Positions 1-7,855 of a stretch of 64,000 bases of DNA are shown here, piece by piece (the first letter of the stretch is position 1; each line of letters opens with the position of its first letter). A program made the position numbers and the translations under genes. Origin of the DNA: an uncultured Acidobacteriota bacterium (GTDB lineage Bacteria; Acidobacteriota; Blastocatellia; RBC074); NCBI GenBank assembly GCA_963796275.1, contig CAWCKY010000006.1, positions 1,472,001 to 1,536,000 on the forward strand, read 5' to 3'. The notes beneath the pieces were generated by a model, which was not told where the DNA came from, ran no database searches, and saw only the letters and a list, made by a program, of their open reading frames with translations.

Positions 1-265
1 CCTGGTAAGGCATCATCCGCTTCTCCAGCACCTCTTCTTTGATCGCCTTCGCCCAGGGGCGCGATTCTTCGTAAGTCGTCAAGGGGATATCAGCCTTGAT
101 CTTCCCTACGCTGTGACACCCGAGGCAATTGCGCTGAAAGATGCGGATGATCTCCTTATTGAACATCACTTTGGTGGTGATCGGCTCGTGCGTGCTGCCG
201 GAATGAGGGAAGAGCAGAACGATGAGGGTCGTAATAAGGATTAGTGCGAACTTCTTCGGATGCAT
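1..265 (-). CDS. Exported c-type cytochrome protein, 3'-partial (runs off the window); heme domain related to the adjacent monooxygenase array
   Basis: Not in the ORF track. Manual translation: MHPKKFALILITTLIVLLFPHSGSTHEPITTKVMFNKEIIRIFQRNCLGCHS...TYEESRPWAKAIKEEVLEKRMMPYQ. Signal peptide, CxxCH, and the RPWAK.I.E.V block shared with its neighbours. Confidence 0.85.
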   Translation of the reverse strand, partial: MHPKKFALILITTLIVLLFPHSGSTHEPITTKVMFNKEIIRIFQRNCLGCHSVGKIKADIPLTTYEESRPWAKAIKEEVLEKRMMPYQ

Positions 266-294
266 AAATTGAGCAAGTGAACTTCAGCGCAATA

Positions 295-356
295 ATCACA
301 AAAAGGACTAAAACCACAAAAAGTCCGTTTGTGATTTTGTCCTTTTTGCGATTTTA
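295..356. repeat. Intergenic imperfect inverted repeat built from short A-rich/T-rich units
   Basis: ATCACAAAAAGGACTAAAACCACAAA ... TTTGTGATTTTGTCCTTTTTGCGAT. Confidence 0.6.
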
Positions 357-362
357 TGTTGA

Positions 363-1631
363 TCACTCCGCTGCTTTCTCAGCCGGTTTCGATCCAGTAA
401 CGTTATAATAGCTCAACCAGCCGATCATCATCTCCTCCCACGTCTGCTCGCCCCACTTAACATCCTTGGAAGGGTCAGGATTGAATCTGTTGTTGGACGA
501 ATTGTCGAAGTGTGCGACGCATTCGATCTTCGTGCCTTTCGGGATCACAATCGGTTCCTTCGGAACGTAATATGTCTGCCAGTTGAAATCATAGTTCGGC
601 ACATTGAGCAGTACTTTCGATGTCCCGTCAGCGTAGATCGCCTTGATTTCGAAATCTTTGCCGCGCAGATGCATATGAGGCATGAGGTTCGAGAGTTGCA
701 CGTCCTCCTTGAACGTATAGGTGGATTTAACCTCATGGCTCGCGGCGCCGGCCGGGATAACAAAAGTCGTGTTGAGGACCGGGCGGGTGAATATTTGATG
801 CTTCGGCGGCTCTTTCGCGTATTTCAGACCGACCGTCGTGATATCTTTTGTCGCCGTTCCATTGGGAGTGTAATGCATCTGGAAGATTAGAGTCGCGCCG
901 GCCGGAACCTTTTTCGCCGTTCCGGGCCGATAGATCGCCGGTTGTTCGCCGGGCGCTGTTCCGACCAACAAATTGCTGTCGATGCGCGCCGGCGTCTTCG
1001 GGTCTTGGATGAACACGATAACGTGGTGCACGGCTGAACGGGCAGTGCTGCGAATCTCCGCCGCCGTAATCCAGCGGTCTTCTTTGAAATTGGTCGGCAC
1101 CCTGAGATAGAGGTATTTGACAACGCCGGTCGAGGGAACCGATTGCTCTGGGATTGAGAAGGTTTCATCCGGCTTACCGATACCCCATCCTTCGACAAAT
1201 TTCGGCGCGGGGGGCAGAAGCTTCGGATCGCCCTCCTTTGCTCCCCCGTCGACCCAGGAGACTATGGTGTCTATCTCGCTCTGCGATAAGCGGCGATCAT
1301 TAAGCCATTCGCCGTGGTTCGGGTCGGCGTGCCAGGGCGGCATTTCGCGCGAGACCACCTTTTCGCGAATCGATTTCGCCCAGGGACGGGCATCTTTGTA
1401 GCTCATTAACGAAAACGGCCCGATCTCGCCCGCCCGGTGGCACTCGGCGCAGTTCTTGAATAAGATCGGCGCGACATCTTTAGAAAAAGTAATATTCTTC
1501 GCCGCCGTCTTATCGCGCCCGGATTCGCCAAAGGATGCTTTGCCATCAGCTGTAGCGAATGGTTGTAAAAATAGACAAAGGGGGCCCAATATGAGAATGG
1601 CGGCAGTGACAATCAACTTTTTTTTCATCAT
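363..1631 (-). CDS. Heme c / type II copper monooxygenase (PHM-like) fusion protein, exported
   Basis: Signal peptide, CAECH, REMPPW, VHH, QMHY, MPHMHLRG, WEEMM; AGAGG upstream. Confidence 0.8.
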   Translation of the reverse strand: MMKKKLIVTAAILILGPLCLFLQPFATADGKASFGESGRDKTAAKNITFSKDVAPILFKNCAECHRAGEIGPFSLMSYKDARPWAKSIREKVVSREMPPWHADPNHGEWLNDRRLSQSEIDTIVSWVDGGAKEGDPKLLPPAPKFVEGWGIGKPDETFSIPEQSVPSTGVVKYLYLRVPTNFKEDRWITAAEIRSTARSAVHHVIVFIQDPKTPARIDSNLLVGTAPGEQPAIYRPGTAKKVPAGATLIFQMHYTPNGTATKDITTVGLKYAKEPPKHQIFTRPVLNTTFVIPAGAASHEVKSTYTFKEDVQLSNLMPHMHLRGKDFEIKAIYADGTSKVLLNVPNYDFNWQTYYVPKEPIVIPKGTKIECVAHFDNSSNNRFNPDPSKDVKWGEQTWEEMMIGWLSYYNVTGSKPAEKAAE

Positions 1632-1683
1632 CTATACCTCTTGATCTTTACTTATCGGGCACTCTCGTTCCGATCATCTTGAC

Positions 1684-1908
1684 TCAGATTGACTCAGACC
1701 GTTTATAGAGCCAGAAAGAAAAGCCTATAACTATAATGCCGATGGGGATTAAGCCTAGGCTTCTATCCCAGGACTGAACGACAGGCGGTAAAATAAGATT
1801 TTTTTGCAACAGGAGAAGGATACCGCCGAATACGGATTGCGTGAGCAACAACAACCCTGTGACGAGCAGGATGCGATTAAACATATGCAATCGATGTGAT
1901 TTACTCAT
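1684..1908 (-). CDS. Small membrane protein with two TM segments
   Basis: 74 aa, two hydrophobic stretches, GAGG upstream, same strand as the array, more AT-rich than its neighbours. Confidence 0.55.
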   Translation of the reverse strand: MSKSHRLHMFNRILLVTGLLLLTQSVFGGILLLLQKNLILPPVVQSWDRSLGLIPIGIIVIGFSFWLYKRSESI

Positions 1909-1923
1909 ATGTTAACCTCGAGT

Positions 1924-3636
1924 TTACCGGGGGCGCTCGCTTCCGTTTTTATCGACCTTCTTCGCCCGGATGTTTCGACGGTTCATCTCGAAAAGTAATT
2001 CGCTGACCTCGCCTCTATCATTTTTGATAAATGTCACCTGCGCATCCACGACTTTGAAGAAGAACTTCGTCTCCGATTCCGGAAATGCCTGAATCCGCGG
2101 CTGGCCGGGAGCGACGAAGAAAAGTTTATCATTTTCGCGCAGTATGGTGAATTTCGGACCCAAACCAGTCGCGTACTCGCCTGTATAAGAATCGTAAATA
2201 TTGGCATCAACCCGGGCGACGTTGCGTTCTTTCGGTTTTTCTCGAATGAAATCGATAAAGCCGACGAGCATTTCATCGTAAGTAGGTTCGCCGAAGCGAA
2301 CAGCCCGGGTAGGGTCGGGGTTGTGCTCGTTCTTCGCCGAATTGTCAAAATGCGCGGTGACCATAAACTTTGCGCCTTTGGGGACGGGGACGGGCTTATT
2401 AAGCTTGTAGAGCGTTTGCCAGTTGAAGTTGTAATCGACCGACAGCAGAGTCTCGCGACGCCCGTCCGGATATAAGACTTCAAACTTCATATCTTTTCCG
2501 CGCACGTGCATATGTGGCATGTAATTGACCAGTTGCACATCGCGCGGAAAAATATAGCAGGCTGTGGCTTCATGATTTTCAGCCCCCGGCGGAATCTTGA
2601 AGAAGAAGTTGGTCACGTCACGGGATTCGATCATATGCTCGACGGGAGCTTTGGCGAACTGCAGGCCGACTATCGTGCGGTCTTTCTCGGGTTTGCCGGT
2701 AGTCTTCGCGTAGTGCATCTGGAAGATGAAGTTCGATCCGGCCGGGACGCGTTTGGCGGTTCCCGCCGGCCAGACATCCGCGTTTCTGCCGGGAGCGTAT
2801 ACGCACAGCAACCGCGCTCCTGCATTGCCGCTGATCGCCCCTCCATTGGGGGAACTGCAGCCATCGTCAATCACCTGGGCATCCGGAGATACCCTCCTGA
2901 CCGTGCCTTCTTTTCTTAGGACGGAGCCCGCTTCGCTCTCGAAGAGCGAAGGTGCGGAGCGCGGATCGAATCGCTGTCCCCGCCGGGCTGCATTTGCTTG
3001 GGCCATCTCCAATAGTTCCGGGGACTCTATGAAGACTGCCGCGTGATGCACTATGCGCTTGTTCCCCGGGCGAAATTCGACGGCCTGTATCCATTTATCC
3101 TCGGTGAAATTGGTCGGCACGCGGAAGTAGATGTAATCATCGGCGCCCGAAGCCGCGAGCGTGTACTCCTCGGGCATGGCGAGAGTGACATCGGGTTTTC
3201 CGATCTCCCAGGTCTCGTCGAATCGGGGTGCCGGCGGCAGGTCTCGCGGGTTGCCTTCTCCCGCTCCCTGATCGATCCATGCGACGATCGTGTCGATCTC
3301 CCGTTGCGACAGGCTAGGATTGTTGGAGAAATCGCCGTAACGCGGATCGGCGCTCCAGGGCGGCATTTCGCGATTAATCACCTTCTCGCGGATAGATTTC
3401 GCCCAGGGGCGGACATCTTTGTAGCTCAGGACCGAGAAGGGAGCGATGTCATCGGGTTTGTGGCAGCTCGCGCAGCTCTTGTAGAGGATGGGCGCCACAT
3501 CTTTGCTGAAGCTCACGTGCTTGGATGTTGGCAAAAATGGCAAGAAAGGCAAGAGGGAGAAAAATGAGGCGAAAACGAAAAAGGCCTGGAATCTCCCCCT
3601 TTTGCACATGCCTATTTTTGTCTTTTTTGTTTCCAT
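1924..3636 (-). CDS. Heme c / PHM-like copper monooxygenase fusion with C-terminal DUF3471-like domain
   Basis: CASCH, REMPPW, VHH, QMHY, MPHMHVRG, DEML; tail IYDSYTGEY...FPESETKFFFK...VTF. Start placed at METKK (3636) rather than 3714 to avoid overlap with the upstream gene. Confidence 0.8.
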   Translation of the reverse strand: METKKTKIGMCKRGRFQAFFVFASFFSLLPFLPFLPTSKHVSFSKDVAPILYKSCASCHKPDDIAPFSVLSYKDVRPWAKSIREKVINREMPPWSADPRYGDFSNNPSLSQREIDTIVAWIDQGAGEGNPRDLPPAPRFDETWEIGKPDVTLAMPEEYTLAASGADDYIYFRVPTNFTEDKWIQAVEFRPGNKRIVHHAAVFIESPELLEMAQANAARRGQRFDPRSAPSLFESEAGSVLRKEGTVRRVSPDAQVIDDGCSSPNGGAISGNAGARLLCVYAPGRNADVWPAGTAKRVPAGSNFIFQMHYAKTTGKPEKDRTIVGLQFAKAPVEHMIESRDVTNFFFKIPPGAENHEATACYIFPRDVQLVNYMPHMHVRGKDMKFEVLYPDGRRETLLSVDYNFNWQTLYKLNKPVPVPKGAKFMVTAHFDNSAKNEHNPDPTRAVRFGEPTYDEMLVGFIDFIREKPKERNVARVDANIYDSYTGEYATGLGPKFTILRENDKLFFVAPGQPRIQAFPESETKFFFKVVDAQVTFIKNDRGEVSELLFEMNRRNIRAKKVDKNGSERPR

Positions 3637-3661
3637 CACAACTTCTCTCAGGCGGCTTAAT

Positions 3662-5056
3662 TCATCGCCTCGCCGTCGAGGCCTTCGCTGATTTGCCATC
3701 GATCGTGTACTCAATCATGCCGACCATCATCTCATCATAGGTCGGATCGCCGAATCGGACGGACTGAGAAGGATCCGGGTTGTATTTATTCTTGCTCGAA
3801 TTGTCGAAATAACCGGTGACGAGTATCTTCGTTCCTTTGGGTATCGGGATCGGCTTCGCGGTATAGTAGACCGTCTGCCACGAGAAACTGTAGTTCGGCA
3901 CATTGAGCAGGACTTCGGTTCGGCCATCCGGGTAGATCGCCTTGAAATCCATCGCCACGCCGCGCAAGTGCATGTGCGGCATTAAATTTACGATCTCTAT
4001 ATCGTCTTTCACCGTCCAGCAAGCGGTCGTGCGATGCCGCTCGGCGCCTGGCGGAATCATGAAGTAGCCGTTGGCGATGCTCCTGGTTAAGAGTTTTTTC
4101 CCGCTCGGATTTTTGGCGAAGATCAAACCGACGCTGGAACGGTCTTTTTGCACCGATCCCGCGGACTTCGAGTAATGTAATTGGAGGAATATCTTTGACC
4201 CGGCGGGAATCTTTTTGATCATACCCGGTTCCAGGACCGTCTGGTTCATCCCCGGGGCATATCCCGTCAGATACGTTACATCTCCCTCGTCCCCGCCCCC
4301 GTCTCTCCTGTCGCCCTGTCCCCCATTCGGCAACGAGCACCCGTCGTCATAAATGGGAGCTTCCCTTCTGGTTCGCCGCAGAAACCCGTCGTTGTAACGG
4401 ACGGTCTCTTCACCTTTCTGCGTGCTCTCTACTTTGGCCGGCTTCGGACCCGGTTTGGCGGGTTCGGCCGGCGGCTGAATGATGGCCGCGATGTGATGCA
4501 CTATCTTGCGATTGCCGGGGCGCGCCTCAGCCAACTGCACATACTTATCTTCCGTGAATTTGGGATCGATCTGGAAGTATCGATACTCATCCGGCCCGCT
4601 GGCTTCGAGCGTGAACTCCTCGGGCATCGTCAAAACGATATCAGGCTTGCCGATCGTCCAGCCATCGGCGAACTCAGGCTGAGGCGGCAAATCTTTCTCA
4701 TCGCCTTCGGGCGCGCCCTGGTCCACCCAGGCGACTATCGCATCGATCTCCTTTTGCTCTAAACGGCGATCGTTCGCCCATTGGCCGGTATGCGGATCGG
4801 CATGCCAGGGCGGCATTTCACGGCTCAAGACTTTTTCCCGAATCGATTTGGCCCAGGGCCGCGCATCTTTGTAGCTCAAAGTCGAGAATGGCGCGTTCTC
4901 ACCCGATCGATGGCACTCGGCGCAATTCTTGAAGAAGAGCGGGGCGATGTCTTTGTTGAATGTCACGCCGTGCGCCCCCTGGCTTGTCGGCATCGACCAA
5001 AGCAAGAGCGCCGCGACGCTGGCCAGAGAAATGACGGTCGTGTGAACAATTTTCAT
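3662..5056 (-). CDS. Heme c / PHM-like copper monooxygenase fusion protein, exported
   Basis: Signal peptide, CAECH, REMPPW, VHH, QLHY, MPHMHLRG, DEMM. Confidence 0.8.
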   Translation of the reverse strand: MKIVHTTVISLASVAALLLWSMPTSQGAHGVTFNKDIAPLFFKNCAECHRSGENAPFSTLSYKDARPWAKSIREKVLSREMPPWHADPHTGQWANDRRLEQKEIDAIVAWVDQGAPEGDEKDLPPQPEFADGWTIGKPDIVLTMPEEFTLEASGPDEYRYFQIDPKFTEDKYVQLAEARPGNRKIVHHIAAIIQPPAEPAKPGPKPAKVESTQKGEETVRYNDGFLRRTRREAPIYDDGCSLPNGGQGDRRDGGGDEGDVTYLTGYAPGMNQTVLEPGMIKKIPAGSKIFLQLHYSKSAGSVQKDRSSVGLIFAKNPSGKKLLTRSIANGYFMIPPGAERHRTTACWTVKDDIEIVNLMPHMHLRGVAMDFKAIYPDGRTEVLLNVPNYSFSWQTVYYTAKPIPIPKGTKILVTGYFDNSSKNKYNPDPSQSVRFGDPTYDEMMVGMIEYTIDGKSAKASTARR

Positions 5057-5172
5057 TTATTTCACCTTTTTCACTGAGCCGCCGGAGAGAGGATCAGCTC
5101 AAACAGATATATCTCTTTCCACTCTCCGAGTCTTTTTGTGCTTCGATGGTTAGATTCGTAATTAAAGTTTCG

Positions 5173-6849
5173 TCATTGCCCGACCTGCCGGGCAGCTGCC
5201 GTCTCCTTGACTCTCTTCACGCGCGTGGTGCGCCCGCCCTCCAGCAGAGCTTCGGATACCTCGCCTTTGTCATCCAGGATGAAGGTGAGGTCTACATCGC
5301 TGCCGCGCATGAAGAACTTCGTTTCGGACTGCGGCAGAAATTCCATCTTCGATTGCAGCGGGACCTGTATGATCAGGGAATTGCCGTTTCGCGTGACGGT
5401 GGCGAAGATATTCGGACTCACCTCGTACTTGCCGGTATATTTGTCCAGTATCTTAGCTTCGACATGTGCCACTGCGGGCGCCTCCGCGACGGAGTCCATG
5501 AAACCGAGCATCATCTCATCGTAGGTCGGCTCGCCATAACGCACTTCCTTCGACGGGTCCGGGTTGAATCGGTTCTTCGCGGAATTGTCGAAATAGGCCG
5601 TGACCATCAGCTTACTCCCTTTGGGCAGTCGCTTGGGCTCCTTCAAAATATAGTTGGTCTGCCACGCGAATTCGTAGTTGGGAACATTGATCAGCGTCTC
5701 CGATTTCCCATCCGGGTAGAAGACTTTATACTCCATTGCTTTGCCGCGCAGGTGCATATGCGGCATGAGGCCGTAGATGATCGTATCGCGGCGCAGCGTG
5801 CGGCAGGCGGTTACGCGGTGATTCTCTGCGCCCGCCGGAATCTTGAAGAAAATATTGCCGATCGAGTTGGTAATGACGATCTTCTGAGGCGGCTCCTTGG
5901 CGAAGATCAGTCCCACCATCGACCGATCTTTTTCGACGGCATCGCTCCCCAGCGTCTGATTGGAATAGTGAATCTGGAACCGAATAATCGAGCCGGCCGG
6001 AATTTTCCGTGCGATCCCGGGCTCGAAGACATCCGCGTTTCTCCCCGGAGCATAGCCAGTCAGAATGCTCTGATTTTCGCCGCCGCGTGCGGCACTGGAT
6101 GATCCGCAGGCGTCATCGACCACCGGTTGATCGGGTTTCACGCGCAGCAGATATCCATCGCGATAAAACGGCGAGTTCTTGAGCAACATCTCCATCGCTT
6201 TATATCGCTGATCGGTGGTCATCTTAGCCATATTAGGCGAGCCGGGCGGGATGATGAATGCGAGGATATGATGGACGATCTTGCGATTCCCGGGCCGCGC
6301 CTCGACATTCGATACATACTTGTCCTCGGTAAATTTCGGATCGATGTCGAAATATTGATACTCATCGACGCCGGCCTTGTAGGTGTACTCCTCGGGGACC
6401 TGAACGACCATATCCGGTTGGCCGATATTCCAGCCGTTCGCGTATTTGGGAGCAGGCGGAAGGTCCTTTGCGTCTCCTTCCTTGGCACCGCCGTCCACCC
6501 AGGCGATGATCGTATCGATCTCTTTTTGCGAAAGGGAGCGGTTATTTTTAAATTCACCGTGAGAATCCGCATGCCAGGGCGGCATCTGCCGATTCAACAC
6601 CTTCTCGCGGATGGATTTCGCCCACGGCCTCACGTCCCTGAAACTCAAGGCCGAGAAGGGCGCGCCTTCACCAGGGCGATGGCACTCAAGGCAGTTCTGG
6701 AAAAATATGGGAGCGACATCTTTGGTGAATGTAATATCAGTCTTGGCCGTCTTTTCGTCATATGCATTGCCGGTCTCGCTCATGAAATAAAATGCAATTA
6801 AACACATGACGGCTGCTAAGGACAGGTAATAGGAACGTTTGATAGGCAT
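5173..6849 (-). CDS. Heme c / PHM-like copper monooxygenase fusion with C-terminal DUF3471-like domain
   Basis: Signal peptide, CLECH, RQMPPW, VHH, QIHY, MPHMHLRG, DEMM; tail LDKYTGKY...PQSETKFF; GAGGAG RBS. Confidence 0.8.
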   Translation of the reverse strand: MPIKRSYYLSLAAVMCLIAFYFMSETGNAYDEKTAKTDITFTKDVAPIFFQNCLECHRPGEGAPFSALSFRDVRPWAKSIREKVLNRQMPPWHADSHGEFKNNRSLSQKEIDTIIAWVDGGAKEGDAKDLPPAPKYANGWNIGQPDMVVQVPEEYTYKAGVDEYQYFDIDPKFTEDKYVSNVEARPGNRKIVHHILAFIIPPGSPNMAKMTTDQRYKAMEMLLKNSPFYRDGYLLRVKPDQPVVDDACGSSSAARGGENQSILTGYAPGRNADVFEPGIARKIPAGSIIRFQIHYSNQTLGSDAVEKDRSMVGLIFAKEPPQKIVITNSIGNIFFKIPAGAENHRVTACRTLRRDTIIYGLMPHMHLRGKAMEYKVFYPDGKSETLINVPNYEFAWQTNYILKEPKRLPKGSKLMVTAYFDNSAKNRFNPDPSKEVRYGEPTYDEMMLGFMDSVAEAPAVAHVEAKILDKYTGKYEVSPNIFATVTRNGNSLIIQVPLQSKMEFLPQSETKFFMRGSDVDLTFILDDKGEVSEALLEGGRTTRVKRVKETAAARQVGQ

Positions 6850-6908
6850 AATTACTTCTCCTCGCTGATCGGTTGAGTACCAGATTGTTTGTTTATGACC
6901 TCGCCGCT

Positions 6909-6938
6909 AATCTACGGGTAAAAGCTGCGCCATGTCAA
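6909..6938 (-). promoter_or_regulatory. Putative sigma70 promoter for the monooxygenase array
   Basis: Minus strand TTGACA-18 nt-TAGATT, about 60 nt upstream of the 6849 start. Confidence 0.55.
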
Positions 6939-7012
6939 GCTCAATAAACCTCCAGTTTATCCAATCATTTCAATAATATCGCGCCGTTACGCCGCCTTAT
7001 ATCTGTAATTGA

Positions 7013-7060
7013 TTGACCGGTCGGACAATAGTCGAATCGAGACTGAATGAGCGTTCAGTC
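7013..7060. promoter_or_regulatory. Two TetR-operator-like palindromes
   Basis: TTGACCGGTCGGACAA (7013-7028) and GACTGAA-TGAGCG-TTCAGTC (7041-7060) in the divergent intergenic region. Confidence 0.5.
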
Positions 7061-7273
7061 ATTTATTTTTATAGCTCAAGAATCTGGATCTGGAGAGCAA
7101 AGTAAGTCGTAACGCGAGAAGCGACCCGAGTAGAGCTTACCGCGTTTGCGGACGGTGTGGATAAATTCCAAGAGACCGAGATAGAGCGGTAATTCTTTCC
7201 CATGTCGGTTCGCCGGTTAACGCGTTATAATTTCTATGTATTACCTGCGGTCAGCCAAACAAATGGGAGGGGG

Positions 7274-7855
7274 ATGATTCCTGTGCCACAGGATGTAACT
7301 CAGCTATTGGCAGATTGGAGCAACGGCGATCAGACAGCGCTCGATAAACTGCTGCCGCTGGTCAACGCCGAGTTGCGGCAACTTGCCAGGCGCTATATGC
7401 GCCGCGAAAATCCGGGCCACACTCTGCAAACTTCGGCGCTGGTCAATGAAGCTTATCTGCGACTGATAGATCAAAAGAGCGTGCACTGGCAGAACCGCGC
7501 TCACTTCTTCGGGATCGCGGCGAAGCTGATGCGGCGTATTCTGATCGATCACGCGCGCAGCCGTCATTACGCGAAGCGCGGCGGCGGAGCGCTGAAGGTT
7601 TCGCTCGACGAAGCCGACGCCGTGACCGAGCCGCGGGCCGCCGAACTGCTCGCGGTCGACGAGGCGCTCGAGCAACTGACTGCGATGGACGCGCGCAAAG
7701 GCCGCATCGTCGAGTTGCGTTTTTTCGGTGGGCTGAGTCTGGCAGAGACAGCGGAAGTATTGGGCATTTCATCACCTACGGTGCAGCGCGAGTGGCGGGC
7801 GGCCAAAGCGTGGCTGCGACGGATCTTGTCGGAGGGCAAAGTTGATGACGCCTGA
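7274..7855 (+). CDS. ECF sigma factor of the kinase-associated (TIGR02999-like) type
   Basis: [13 protein letters not shown]...[16 protein letters not shown]...[22 protein letters not shown]...[10 protein letters not shown]...[12 protein letters not shown]; GGGAGG before the ATG at 7274. Confidence 0.92.
   Translation: MIPVPQDVTQLLADWSNGDQTALDKLLPLVNAELRQLARRYMRRENPGHTLQTSALVNEAYLRLIDQKSVHWQNRAHFFGIAAKLMRRILIDHARSRHYAKRGGGALKVSLDEADAVTEPRAAELLAVDEALEQLTAMDARKGRIVELRFFGGLSLAETAEVLGISSPTVQREWRAAKAWLRRILSEGKVDDA

Noticed and set aside
1684-1908. Small ORF as a RiPP-like precursor substrate for the monooxygenases
   Set aside because: It looks like a two-TM membrane protein, with no leader/core pattern and no C-terminal Gly; nothing in the sequence supports a substrate role.
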